The position numbers and the translations under genes are program-made. The notes under the pieces are model-generated. The model was not told the origin of the DNA. It saw nothing but the letters and a program-made list of their open reading frames with translations, and did not search any database. Shown here in pieces: positions 28,155-42,611 of a DNA stretch of 64,000 nt (position 1 is the stretch's first letter; every line of letters begins with the position of its first letter). The DNA lies in contig OX597819.1 in assembly GCA_951406725.2 (NCBI GenBank), positions 102,734,001-102,798,000 of the forward strand, read 5' to 3'. The DNA is from Octopus vulgaris. Taxonomy: Eukaryota.

Positions 28155-28266
28155 TGTGTGTGTTTGTGTGTCTGTGTTTGTCCCCCTAGCATTGCTTGAC
28201 AACCGATGCTGGTGTGTTTATGTCCCCGTTACTTAGCGGTTCGGCAAAAGAGACCGACAGAATAAG
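27922..28266 (+). mobile_element. SINE family B copy, 3'-truncated
   Basis: Near-identical to 5060-5373. Confidence 0.88.
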
Positions 28267-28996
28267 GGAAAGTTTCAACAAGAAGGAAGATAGTTAATAC
28301 AACATGAGGTTATGAATTTTTAAGTGGAGAACTCAGAACGTACAGCCGAAATGAATGACACGCGGCATTTTGTCCGGTTTGTGCTTGCAGTTCGGCCGTC
28401 TTGTCACCATCATCAATATCTAGCCCGCTTCCCCCAACAAGCAGCAACATCAACCTCAATAGGTGTCCTCGGCATTCACCAACATCAACACCAAAAAGCA
28501 GCAACAACAAAACCCGAAATAACTGAAGCACGTCCTGCACCACCAGTGCCGCCAGCGCCGCCGCCACCACCTCCGCAGCCACGCCACCACCACTATCACC
28601 ATCACTACTAGCATCATCGTCACTATCACCGCAGCTACCAACAACACAACCAAATGCAACCACCACAACCAAAAGCAACATTAATACTTCCACCATCACC
28701 ACTAACCAACGTCAACAACAACAACAACGCTGCTACTGGCACCACCAAATCCAGCAATAAGAACTCGACTTCTGTTTTTTTTTAATTTTGACAGTTTATA
28801 TTTGAATATTTTGATGTTAATTTTCCATCAGTAAATAAGATGTAAAGTGACAATGCCTTCTGGGTAATGGCCGCCAATTCTGCCGATTTCTTGCGACTGT
28901 ATGATGGGTTGATATGGAGTTCTCTGGAGACATTCTATAGTGGCAAGAGAATCAGGGTTTGTCACTGTGCCTATTTAACATTATCTTCATCTTCAA

Positions 28997-29361
28997 GGCG
29001 GCTAGCTGGCAGCAACGTTAGCACACCGGGCGAAATACTTAGCGGTATTTCGTTTGTCTACGTGTTCCGAGTTCAATTTCGCCGAGGTCGACTTTGCCTT
29101 TCATCCTTTCGGGGTCGATATATACGCACTGGGGTTGATATAATCGACTTAATCCGTTTGTCTGTCCTTGTTTGTCCTCTCTGGGTTTAGTCCCTTGTGG
29201 GTAGTAAAGAAATAGAAATAGAATGCTTTTCCACTCCCTTACATCTGAGTTCAAATTCCTCCGAGGTTGACTTTGCCTTTCATCCTTTTGTGGTCGATAA
29301 ATTAAGTATCATTTGCATACTGGGGTCGATCTAATCGGCTGGCCCCCTTACCCCAAATTTC
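28997..29361 (+). mobile_element. SINE family A, dimeric form
   Basis: Head, body and tail-1, followed by a second B box (TGAGTTCAAATTCC), body and tail-2 (GGCCCCCTTACCCCAAATTTC). Confidence 0.82.
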
Positions 29362-29413
29362 CTCATCATCAACAACAACGTCGTCATCGTTATTGTCATC
29401 ATCGTCGTCGTCG

Positions 29414-29444
<31 letters not shown>

Positions 29445-30890
29445 CATCATTATCATCATCATCAACATAATCCTCACCAACAACGTCGTGGTCGTTGTCG
29501 TCGTCATCATTATCGTCATTATCATCACCATCGTCATCATCACCATCGTCACCATCAACGTCGTCATCGTTGTAATCATCATCATCATTATCATCCTCCT
29601 CCTCATCATCATCATCTTCCTGATTGTCGTTGCAGGCGTCATCTCGTTCACCAGTCGTTGCCATCGATGTCACCGCTGTCATTGTCATTATCATCATCAC
29701 CGTCATCATTACCAGCAGCGGCTGCAGCAGTAGTGGCATTTCAACGTCACCGGTACCACTGTCGTCGTCATCATCATCATCATCATCATCAAGAACAACA
29801 ACAACGGTAACAGCATTACCATATATATTTCTCAATTTACCACTACCACAATTATTTTGTTGATGTTTTTTTTGTTGCCATCTCATTTTATCTATCATAC
29901 TTATCTCAAACATCGACGCTGACGTCGTCATCATAATCCTCAATTATATCATCATCATCATCATCCTCATGTTTTTGCTGTTGTTGTTGTAACTGCTGTT
30001 GTTGTTGCTGCTGTTGTTCTTGTTCTTGTTTTTGATGTTGTTGTTGTTGGTAATATAGTTGTTATTGTCGATTTTGCTTTTCGTCATTATATACATCCTA
30101 GGCGTCTACATCGCTCGTAGCCCCTGAGTGAGCGTATATGTAATGGACTCGGTCTCAAGTGTCAGCAAGCCGCCTGAGGGAGCGGCAGGGCTAGAAAATC
30201 GTCCAATGGTGACGGACAACCCCACGATAGATAGTCGCTCTGAGAGAAACCTTTTGATGGTGTTCTATCGAAAATTGACTTCGCTAATAACATGTAATAT
30301 TATTTGGCTTGCCATACGCTAGACTTCCGCTCTATTAACTAATCTATGCTGTAGAAATACTTGCTGCCCTTAGGTGAGAGTAAGTTGAAAAATCGGTGCT
30401 GCAGTGTGTCGCGCTGCGAGATTTTTCCTTTATTACATTCTTTGCTTGTTTGTTTGGGTTTTCTATACTAATTAACGTAATATAATGGAGAGGTGAAATG
30501 ACAGAGTGGATAGGTCATAGTTTATGGGTTCAAATTCCGCTGAATGTGTTCTGTTGTTGTGTATTTCTACAAAAAATTAGTATTATTGGATATGTGTCTC
30601 ACTTCTCCAAAATGTCGGGAATATGTATCGGAACTTCTGTAGAAATGTGCTTGCAATATATAAGCATCCAATCCTGGGGAGTATATATTCACAATCGGTT
30701 AATCGGGTGAAATTAAGTGAGATGTGACATGAATGGTATTCTCTATCTGCTGGAAAGAGAACATTTTGTAAATAGTATAGTCAGCCGAATCAGTTGACCG
30801 TCAAACTATTGATGTTTACGGGATCAAGATCTTGTTAAGACGTACATATATCATACCTACACACATACGCATACACATACACACACACAC

Positions 30891-30926
<36 letters not shown>

Positions 30927-31776
30927 CGCATAGTACTTACAGTTATGTGCAGACATGCAAGAACGTGCATATTGGTACATGCACATAAATGCATACATAT
31001 GTACATACATACACACACATATATATGTGAGTGTATATATGTATATATACATACATACACATATATATATCCCTGCATACACACACATACATATATACAT
31101 GGATTTATATACATACAAACATAAATATATACATACATATATGCATAAATATGTGCATACATGTACAAAAATCAAAGGCTGATAGACAGACGCTCTTGAG
31201 CCTCAGAGTATAAGTTCAATTTCTCCAAAGTCATATATTTAATCAATAAGAGCCCACGAAGACTCAATATATACACCGTACCTAAGTTTACGTCTATAAT
31301 AACCATGCCAACGAAAGAATGGGTCTAAAATGAGTAACATCATGAGTGGTGGATATATAAATCAACAAGGAACGAACGAAAAGAGATATTTTCGTCACAG
31401 TCCTTTATTATATTTCTAGATGCTTTGCCATTATCTCCATTTCTGGACAGACATGTTGCAGATTTGTGATCAAAGTGGCACAAGCATTTTGCCACCTGGA
31501 GAGGCAAGTCCGTTTTGTTGGAGAGCATCGAGAAATGCTGAGCGGACCGGTTAAGTCGTTTGGGTTTGGGTTTAGTCCGACCATTCTAATAGTTAAGTAT
31601 TAGGTCTAGATTAAGAAACATGGTAGCCAAGCGTCCCTAGAAATGGTTGAGGAACTGCTGTTCCGGTCAGAGCAAGCAGGAGTTGTGAATGCATATACCG
31701 ATTCTGCTTTGCTTTATCGCCTGATTTTTGTACGCTGCTCAAGGTGTCGTCTCATCACCGCGCCAGTCACATATAC

Positions 31777-32150
31777 AATCCTTTCTACTATAATCACAAG
31801 ACCTGAAATTTGGCGGAAGGGGTCCAGTCGATTAGATCGACCCCAGTAGACTACTGGTACTTAATTTATCGACCCCGAAAGATGAAAGGCAAAGCCGCAC
31901 TCGGCGGAATTTGAGCTCAGAACATAAGACAGACGAAATGCCAATTTTTATTTCTTTACTACCCACGAGGGGCTAAACACAGAGGGGACAAACAAGGACA
32001 GACACATGGATTAAGTCGTTTACATCGACCCCAGTGCGTAACTGGTACTTAATTTATCGACCCCGAAAGGATGAAAGGCAAAGTCGACCTCGGTGGAATT
32101 TGAACTCAGAACGTAAAGACAGACGAAATACCGCAAAGCATTTAGCCCTG
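31777..32150 (-). mobile_element. SINE family A, dimeric form
   Basis: Two bodies (GATGAAAGGCAAAG...GGAATTTGA.CTCAGAAC) separated by tail-1; tail-2 lies at 31777-31830. Confidence 0.85.
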
Positions 32151-32557
32151 CATGTTCGCAGCCTCAATCACACATAAAATGAGAATAAAAATAAGAAGTT
32201 GCGCAGTGGTTAAATTTTAGCCAGAGAAACAAGGAGAGACGATTCAGAAATTGCTTCAAAGCCGCTATCTTAGAGTTATTTCACTATTGAACATAGTGTA
32301 TTTTGTAAATTTCTCAGCGGGGTTTAAACCCACGGACGGGGTGGTCACGGAATAATGACTTGGATCATATGTCTTCTTGCTGAGGACTGACATGTGCTTA
32401 AGCTCCAAAAACAACAACAACAACAACAACATCTAGAACATTTGGTATTCATTTTATCCGCCTCTCAAGTTTGTGAAAGAGACGAAAATTGATATTTCTA
32501 GATGCCAATATCGAATGAACACACGATTTCATGTTCAATATTATTAATCTCACAACT

Positions 32558-32658
<101 letters not shown>

Positions 32659-33187
32659 ACACACACACACGTACACACACACACACACATACTTATCAGT
32701 GGACAAGACATCTAATTCAGATACAGTTTCAAACAATGTCAGATATAAATCCGGTCTCCAGCCCCAAACCAGATCTCTGCTACCCCCTACCGCCTTCTCC
32801 TCATAACACCACCGCCGGGCCATCTTTATGGTCGTATTTCATTAATCCACTTACAGATTAATCAATTTTCGTTTACGCTTATCTGTTTTTAATGTTTTCA
32901 TACCAGCATTCCTTCCTGTCTTCCATGCTTTTCTCCTTTCCTTTTCGACTTTCTTCCTTCCTTACACGCGCGCGCGCACGAGCACGGACACAGGCACACA
33001 CACACACAAAACGAAGCAAACGTTATCTCTTCTACGCATCGATATGCGTATATACACATTTTCTGACATTATATTCATACAAGATAGACAGATTGATATA
33101 TATATATATATATATATATATAACTGTTCGTATAAAGGTGAGCCCGTGTGTATGTGTTTATATATTTGTGTGTATCTGTTTGAATGG

Positions 33188-33297
<110 letters not shown>

Positions 33298-33344
33298 ACC
33301 CACACAGATAGATAGATAGACATATGTATATATATACACATATA

Positions 33345-33387
<43 letters not shown>

Positions 33388-34731
33388 GTAAGTATATCTA
33401 TTCGGTGCATCAGCATGGCCGCAGCTCTGAGCTGAAACTAGAAAAAATATATAGATATATGTGTGCGTCTGTGTGTACGTGTGTGTGTGTATGTATATAT
33501 GCATCTATGAATGCATGTACGTATGTATGCAAGCATGTATGTATGTATGTATGTATGTATGGACGCAAGCATGTATGTATGTTTAGACATGTATACAGAG
33601 CCAGAAAGAAAATAAGGAAAAGAAGAATCGAACTAAGTAATGGGGTGAAATTTTATTTATCGAATCTGGAAGAAGATAAAGTTGCTCTCGGTGGGTTTCG
33701 AACTCAAAATGAGAAAAACATTCTACGTAACGTTCTGACGATGCGGCCAGATTGCCACAGAACAAATGCGGATAGAAAGAGGGAAATAAAGTCAGAGAGT
33801 AAGAGGGAGAAAGAAAAGGATGCATAGATATAAAGAGACAAAGGTATAGCTGGAATAAAGAAAGAGAGGGAGAGAGGGGGAAAGAGAGAGAGAAAGAGAG
33901 AGGGAAAAGAGGGAGAGGTGGGAAAGAGGGGGAGAGGGGAAAGAGAGGGAGAGAGCATTAGCGAACGAGAACGACAGAAAGTGGCTAACTTGTTGGATAA
34001 GAAAGAAAGAAAGAAGGAAAGCAAGAAAGAAAGAAAGAAGGAAGGAAAGCAAGAAAGAAAGAAGGAAGGACAGATGGAAGCTGAATTATTTGTAATAAAG
34101 GTGAACCGGCAATCGTAAGGAAAACGTTAAAATCTTAACTGTGATATGTGAGTGAGATTATCATTTGTAAAAGAGATGAAAAAGGCCCTATTGTGTTCTG
34201 TTAATCCCATCTTATACGTGAGATGACCAACAAAGACGCCAGTAATAATTCTCTATTCCTGTAACACTGTAAACCCTTAGACCCCTTAGCTTGTTGGTGT
34301 TCTGATATCAAATAAGTGTAGTCCCCTATTCTTTCAGTCATAAATTATGTAATAAATCAAGATATTGGCGTTGAGATATTGTGTCGTCGTGTGTGAATGA
34401 GTTATCATGTGACACAGTATGGCCACAGTGCGCTTGTAATCTATTGATGTTTGAGTGGGTTGTGATGGCGCTGTTGTTGTTAGTGGTGGTGGTGGTGGTG
34501 TTAGTGATGGTGGTGATGGTGGGCAGGGTTGGATTTGGTGTGGATTGGTTATTAGGGATTATACATTAATAGCAAGGTGTGATTAGCAGAAATGTGAGAT
34601 GTCAGCAGATTGCAATTTCAATTTAAAGGGTAAATAATAAGTGACTTTATTGTTCTGTTAGTTTTGCAATGAAAGAGATATATGGGTTAGAAGGCAGAAG
34701 ACATGCACTCGCACACTTGCATGCATGCACA

Positions 34732-34796
<65 letters not shown>

Positions 34797-35262
34797 ATGA
34801 TTACGCAGATTCTCACACACTACGAATTTATACACATCTACAACGGCCATTTTCTGAGAGCAGTGGAGTGGTAGAATCATTAAACAAAATGACTTCTGAT
34901 ATTCAATAAATTATTTCTGTGGCTTGATTTCAAATCCTGACAGCCTCGAAGTTGTTATTCATTTTTCTATGGTCGAGGACAGGAAAAAAAAAACCCATCA
35001 AATATTAGATTTGCGTACCCGATTGTTGGTACCTTTTATACAGTGTTGTCTTTTGTCGCCAGATAGCAGGAAAGAAAGTGAGGAAATCAGAGGAAAACCG
35101 TAGTGAATCATCAGATTGGAAATACTAAATGATAGTCTCTACAGCTTTTGACTCTTTTTTCTTCCGTAGTACATTTAGAAATACATCCTTGCATATATAT
35201 ATATAAAACTCCAAGCCACCAATTGTTGTAATTCCGAAAGTGATTGGAAAATTAAGGTAAAA

Positions 35263-35299
<37 letters not shown>

Positions 35300-35998
35300 T
35301 CTTAGCTACATCTCCTTACTCTTAGCTACATTCACTTTCAGTTTCCTCCTATCACACATTCTTCCAAACTCTCCTACCAATTTCCTCAGTTGCTCTACCG
35401 AATCCGCCACCAGTGCTGTATCATCAACGTATACATAAACAGACTACCACTAACATATATAAAAAGAGATTGGCCACTTGCATGTATATAAACAGATTGG
35501 CCAATTGCTTCTCCGGGATTGGCCAAGTAATGTACACACCGCCGATGAGAACAGAATAAGTTTCGAAAATCGATTAAAGGTGTTCGTAACATTTTTAAAG
35601 ATCTACAGAGAAATAGTTAAATTTACTGTTTGTATGTCTTACTACATAGGTTACATACAATCATATTTACACGTATTCATATGCACGTCTATATGTGCAA
35701 ATGTAACTGTGGTATATGCTTATGTGTATATATTTGTACGTATATTTGTATGTGGATGTAATAGGATGGCATCTAACATCATTCATTTGGTGGTGTACAC
35801 CTACAAACAATTATTCGAAGCTGTTCAGGTTGACAAGCTAGCATGACATGAACGAAAGAGATATCTGATCTTACCAACATTGTCCCTTCATCATAAAGAT
35901 AACATTTATTGAGATTTTTAAGTCAGTATCTCTTTAGTTAAAGCATGTAGTTGTTCATCACAGAAAATGCTAGGCATTTTTTCCTCTCCACCAGTAGT

Positions 35999-36217
<219 letters not shown>

Positions 36218-36258
36218 TTTTTTTATTATATATATAAATATAATATATATAATATATA

Positions 36259-36300
<42 letters not shown>

Positions 36301-36326
36301 TATATATATAATATATATATATATAT

Positions 36327-36530
36327 ACGAATGCCTTCTTTCAGTTTCAGTCTACCAAACCCACTCACAAGGCTTTGGTCGGCCCGATGCAATAGTAGAA
36401 GACATTTACCCAAGGTGCCACGATGAGGTACTGAACCCGGAACCATGTGGTTGGTAAGCAAGCTACTTACCATGCAGCCACTCCTGCGCCTATAGCAAGT
36501 AACTTATCACACCGCCACTCCTGCGCCTAT
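36327..36530 (-). mobile_element. SINE family B head with its 5'-terminal ~37 bp duplicated
   Basis: GCCACTCCTGCGCCTAT occurs at ~36477 and again at ~36514. Confidence 0.8.
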
Positions 36531-36531
36531 G

Positions 36532-36594
<63 letters not shown>

Positions 36595-37071
36595 CTTTGA
36601 TATGTTTCGGCCAGTATAGGCCTAAGCCATGTCTAACTTAATAGCGCCACCTGGTGAATTCTTTTAGTCATATATTTCTGGAATGCTGTTAGTGGTTATG
36701 TATTAGGTTGCCATTTTCTTCATTGTAGTATTTTACAGATTTTTGTATGTCTATTTTTCCTCTGAAAATTTAAATTTCAGTTTTTAAAATTTGAATTAAT
36801 TGTACCTCTTTCGTCAAGTTGAAAAATGAACGAATGAATTTATCCGACAAACCAATACTCTATAGTAACGTCTAAAACACAAATGCCTTGAATATATTTG
36901 CTAATTTTGTATCGAGCAAAAATATCCAGAGAGAGAAATAAAAGACTCGCCAAATATACCTCTGTTTGCTTATGTCCACTGTTTCTCGTCCTGGGTTATT
37001 CTAATGATTATATTATGAACAGTTAAATATAGTTATATTTGCACGTGTTATATAGTTATAATAATTAATAA

Positions 37072-37590
37072 TTGGCCTTTTTCGTCTATGCAGACGGTCA
37101 ATTTAGCTTAGAGGTCACTTAATCGAACACATCAGGGGCTCCGATTTTGCAGCTTCTTTCATGGCTGATCCTTCCCATGATTGAAGCGCAGCTTCTGTCA
37201 CAGTACTTGCATACTAAGAGGGTGGCTCGGCGCTCTGTATTTCTGTTGTTTTCCTTTCGCCGCTGACGCTTCTCAACTTGTTTGTTTCTGTAGCTGCTCT
37301 CTAGCGAAGCAGTTCCTTCCTTCACCACAGTCCTTCATGTTGTTCTGTCCTCAGCCCTCTCTTCCCAGGTGCTGACATCCACCTCACACTTGGACAAACT
37401 AGTTTTACAAGTGTCTTTATACCTCAGTTTTGGTCTTCCTCTTGGTCTCCTGTCCTGGGCCAGTTCTCCATACAGCAATTGCTTCGGAGCTCGATGGTCA
37501 TCCATACCCCTGGCATGCCCCAGCCACCCCAGTCTTCTCATACACAAGATAGCTGTCATGCTTTGAAGATTCGCCTGCGCCAGCACTTCA
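37072..37590 (-). mobile_element. RTE-clade (BovB-like) LINE 3' end, 5'-truncated
   Basis: ORFs 37335-37661 and 37119-37328 give RRLGWLGHARGMDDHRAPKQLLYGEL..RPRGRPKLRYKD..WEERAEDR and a C-terminal CKYCDRSC..ISHERSC zinc finger. Confidence 0.9.
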
Positions 37591-37724
37591 ATATATAGTT
37601 GTATATAATTATATTTGCATGTGTTCGGCTTCGGAAAAGAAATTTCATTTTCATATTTCACAATTCTTCAAATGGTGGCAATAGAAATTATGATAATCAT
37701 TTATAATATACTTTCCTAAATAAT

Positions 37725-38080
37725 CTCTTCTTCACTAGGCACAAGGCCTGAAATTTTGGGAGAGGGGACCAGTCAATTACATCGACCCCAGTGCATAATT
37801 GGTACATAATTTATCGACCTCCGAAAGGATGAAAGGCAAAGTAGACCTCGACGGAATTTGAACTCAGAACACGTAGACAAACGAAATACCTATTTCTTTA
37901 CAACCCACAAGGGGCTAAACACAGAGAGGACAAAGAAGGACAGACAAACGGATTAAGTCGATTATATCGACCCTAGTGCGTAACTGGTACTTATTTAATC
38001 GACCCTGAAAGGATGACAGGAAACGTCGACCTCGGCGGAATTTGAACTCGGCGTTCTAACGTTTGTGCCAGATCGCCGCC
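37725..38080 (-). mobile_element. SINE family A, dimeric form
   Basis: Tail-2 (GGCACAAGGCCTGAAATTTTGG), body, junction ACGAAATACCTATTTCTTTAC (as at 41-61), tail-1, body and head. Confidence 0.85.
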
Positions 38081-38822
38081 TTAATTTCCATAAATAATGA
38101 AAAACTTTCTGCTGCTCGATCTATTTCATTGTTTATATGTGACTGCGATTGTATTGGTGCGGACATCTTTTGATTTGTAAGCCGGTGGGTCAGATTTTTG
38201 CTGACATGTTTCTGTGTGCGTATGCAAAGAATATATAACAGTGTGCGTGTATACTTGTGTTAGAGTACGTGACTGCATGTGCATTAGTACGTGTGTGTGT
38301 GTGTATATATATGACTGTGTGTGTGTTAGTACGCGTGCCTATGTGTGTTATTATCTATGTGTCTTAATTAATCCATATAACAGTAACAGTGGCTCTAGAT
38401 CTTTCTCTGCCCCACCCACGTCAATATGAAGATGTCAAGGTCGGTTTATATCAATGCTTTATACACATATATATATTTCTTTTTTTATCTTCATTGACCA
38501 GTCAGATTTATGTGAATGGGAATGGTTTTATCAAAGAAGCAACTTGGCCAGAGGTAAGAAATTCTTTGTTTGGAAATATGTATATAGTCATTTACCCTCC
38601 CTTCTTCGCCGTCCATCCAACACAACAACTGCCCACAATTATCTATACCCACCCACCATCAACCCACCAAAATCTTATCAACATTGTCCGGCAAAAATGC
38701 CCGACAGGAACGGCGTGGGTTTCTTTTCTTCCACTCCTACATTAACAACCAGTCACCACAGCCAGCAACCACAATCACAATCAGTACAACAACAAGAGCT
38801 ACTGCTGCTGCTGCTGCTGCAG

Positions 38823-38923
<101 letters not shown>

Positions 38924-39893
38924 GATAATGATAATACTATGATAACAGCTACAGCCATCAACGCTGCCATCTGTCACCACCCCAACCACCAAAATCTTTG
39001 CATCCCAGTACTATTGCAAATACCATTGTCTTCACAGCTACCACTAGCACGACTACCACCGCCACCAACATCACCAGAATCACCATCAACACCACAGTTG
39101 CTACAACAACAACAACAAAAAACAACTACTACTACTACTATTGCTGCTGCTACTACTACTACTACGACCACCTACACTGATACACTGATATCTCAAAACT
39201 ACAACTGCTACCGAAGCAACCACAACAATACAATTACTAGTACTATCACTACTGCGATCACCACATTACAACTGCTGCAAACACAACCACCAATACGATC
39301 TCTACTACAGCCACTGTCATCAAAGTTATTATCACACAATCTCACTAACCACAATATCTATCACCAAGACTTCTACCACCACCATCACCACCACCACTGC
39401 TACCATCATAGCTACTATTATCAGTAAAGTACAACTGCCACAGAGCCAGCATTGCCAATAACCCCGGGAACGCAGTAGAAGATCAAAAAGAAAGAGAAAA
39501 AGAGAGCAGTAAAGAAAGAAAAAGAGAGAGAGAGAGTGAGAGAGAGGGAGTGTGAGAGAGAGAGAGAGTGCGTGCGCGAGAGTGAGGTATAGAAATAGTG
39601 AATGATAAATAGGCAAGACATTTAAACAAATGTAATGTGATTTCTCTTGCTTTCTCTCACCTTTCTCTCTCTCACTCACTCTCTTCCATTCTCTCTCACT
39701 CCCCAAAAGCACACACATACACTCACACACACACATATATCGACTTACGTATATTCATATACATACATCTATATATGCATATAATATATATATATATATA
39801 CATATATAATAAAGGGCAAATTTAATTAATTAATTAATAATTTTACCAAGTAGCTCGGTTTGTTAAAAGAACCATTAATCGGTAAACTTAAAC

Positions 39894-39973
39894 TTATGAG
39901 TATAATTATAATTAGGGCTCAGCAAAAAATTGCTTCACCACTTGCTGAACCGTAATTATAATTATACTCATAA
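39894..39973. repeat. Foldback with 32 bp arms (2 mismatches) in an insert flanked by TA repeats
   Basis: TTATGAGTATAATTATAATTAGGGCTCAGCAA / TTGCTGAACCGTAATTATAATTATACTCATAA. Confidence 0.85.
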
Positions 39974-39984
39974 TCATAAATATA

Positions 39985-40385
39985 TACTAGCAGAGAAACC
40001 CGGCCTTACTCGGTATTAAAATTGCATAGTTCTTTTATTGTTTTACTTGTTTCGGTATTATAACCCGATTTCATTCGGGTCTACGCGGGCCACATTTTAA
40101 AAGATGATAAACTTTTCCCTTGTGAATTGAGCAAACTAAAAGTTGCCATGAAAACTCCCCGGCACTTTTAACATAGGTGTGCAAATTTTCAGGTCAATCC
40201 GATCACTTTTACTAACACTTTTGCCTGCACAGTTGCTTGTGAGACAACGTCTGCCCTTTTCACAAATATGTACAGAGTCTTACAGAGATACCTGGTCTTG
40301 CTCGGGATTAAAATGGCATACTTTTTCATTGTTTTAGTTGTTTGGTTATTATGACCAGATTTCATTCAGACTACTAGGGCCACAA
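39985..40385 (-). mobile_element. Non-autonomous Helitron-like element with a duplicated 3'-terminal ~95 bp
   Basis: The minus strand ends CCGAGTAAGGCCGGG-TTTCTCTG-CTAG|T (hairpin plus CTRR). 39998-40094 is repeated, diverged, at 40289-40384. Confidence 0.55.
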
Positions 40386-40911
40386 ATATATACATACACA
40401 TATACAACTTAACACAATAAATATATGATTAATAATATGTGTTATCATGATTGTGCAGTGGTGGTGGGCGATAATAATTCACCGTTCTAAAAGACCTGTG
40501 GCGGGAATATTTAAACTTTTGCGGTTGTCAACGCTTTCTCTCTATACATAGATAAACGTACAGAGAGATGCGGCGGAAGAAAGAGTAACAGAGAGATGGC
40601 GAATGTAGAAAGGGAAAGAGAGGGGAAGCTGTCAAACGTCGTTATAGAGAGAAAGTGCAGGGAAGGGAAGAAAGAGATCGAGGAAGGCAGGGTGATATCC
40701 GAAAGGGAGAAACGAAAAATATTTGTCGTTTTTGCTGCCCTACTAATCACAGCTTTTGAGATGGAGATTTCTAACCTAGTCCAGTCGCTTCTTCGCCTCA
40801 TCTTACATGTCGCTGTAAAATTTCGCCGCAATCCGAGCACGCCTACTGCAGTTGAATCCTGCATGACCACTAAATGAGACATGCAAACATCCAACATTCG
40901 GCCATTTCAAT

Positions 40912-40951
<40 letters not shown>

Positions 40952-41461
40952 CAACAAGAATATCCAAGGTAGTGCAGTACAATTGATTCATGCTACTTCA
41001 TTTTATTAAACACTGTAAGTATTACATCAGTTTTAAAATATCGAGCATTCTTCAGCCACACATAGAATTTTTTTTAATTAAACAGACAATGCACATTCTT
41101 ATACTTATTTAATTTGCCAACATTACAAAGAGGGTAGATATATAGACAGAGAGGTTAATTTCATACCAACATATGATACCTTCATGGTTGTTTTGCTCCA
41201 CTGTGAACACATATCATTATACCAAGCCATTTCGTGCATCTTGAGTGTTTACGTGCCTAGGTTCTAATAAATCCCAATACTCAACACTCATGACTATCAA
41301 TGATGATAGCTACGAAAACCGATCAGAAGATAGCGAATTTGACTTTTTAAAGCACCATATATATATATATATATATGAATATATCTATATAGGGTATTAA
41401 ATTTTTATAAAATTTACTACCAGTGGCCTAGCAAGCATAGAAAGTCAATAGACTACATACT

Positions 41462-41637
41462 ATTCAATATAAAATAGTGTACATTTAAAACACAAAGAGA
41501 AATTACCAATAACAGGCAATTTCTACATGTTAGGAAACAGTCAAAACGACTGAAGACCACAGAAAAATTTAAGCAAATTGCCTGTTATTGGTGATTTCTC
41601 TCTGTGTGTTTAAATGTACACTATTTTATACTGAATT
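41462..41637. repeat. Foldback with ~60 bp arms in an insert flanked by TA repeats
   Basis: ATTCAATATAAAATAGTGTACATTTAAA..GAGAAATTACCAATAACAGGCAATTT pairs with AAATTGCCTGTTATTGGTGATTTCTC..TTTAAATGTACACTATTTTATACTGAAT. Confidence 0.88.
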
Positions 41638-42356
41638 ATATATGAATATATGTGTATATACAGAGAGAGAGAGAGAGTGAGAGAGAGAGAGAGAGAGAGG
41701 AGAGGAGAGAGAAAGATAGAGAGAGGAGAGAGAAAGATAGAGAGAGGAGAGGAGAGAGAGATTATGAATGAACGGTTTTAAATAACTAAATGTTATACCA
41801 TAAGAGAAGCCACAAGAGTCATTCACCTCTCCTTCGTACTACACAGTTTCAATAAATAAATCCCTCAGTAATTCACGAATTAAAACGTGACCTATTCATC
41901 TGTAACATCACATACAGAAAAATAGAATACTGAGTAAGGGTGATTTCATGGAACAAAACAGGACTTACAACACTAGTCTTAGAAGGCATATTAGCTGATC
42001 TGGATAAAGAGATTAATTAAATAAAATTTCAAGAGATTCGTTTCACACACACGTACACAAACATGTATGTGTTTGTATACACGTTTCTGTAAATGCATGT
42101 GTTCATGCGCGCAAGCGACCATGTGCGTGTGCGTGTGTGTGTGTTCGTGCGTGTGTGTCTGTGTGTAATTATATATGTATACATATATTTTAGGAATGGG
42201 GTATCTTTTAACTCTTCTTTCACTTATATAGTTCTTTTTACAATTTCATTTACCTCGCCATAGAGTCGCACACACATACACACACAACTGTATGTATGCA
42301 TGAATGCATTTCTACGTATCTACTTATTCATGCACTCACTCCTCCCACACACACAC

Positions 42357-42417
<61 letters not shown>

Positions 42418-42551
42418 GATGATTTAAATACGGGGAAAATAATTCACAAAAAAATAATTTGTGAAGATACTATTGACTCTTTTATTATCTAGTGTAAAAA
42501 TTTAAAAATAATGATAGCAGAATCAATAATATAGGCGATTGCAGGCTTCAG

Positions 42552-42611
<60 letters not shown>

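Noticed and set aside
28310-28750. Pro/His/Gln-rich ORF resembling a transcription-factor region
   Set aside because: Built from CCA/CCG/CAA triplet repeats with no domain or splice support.
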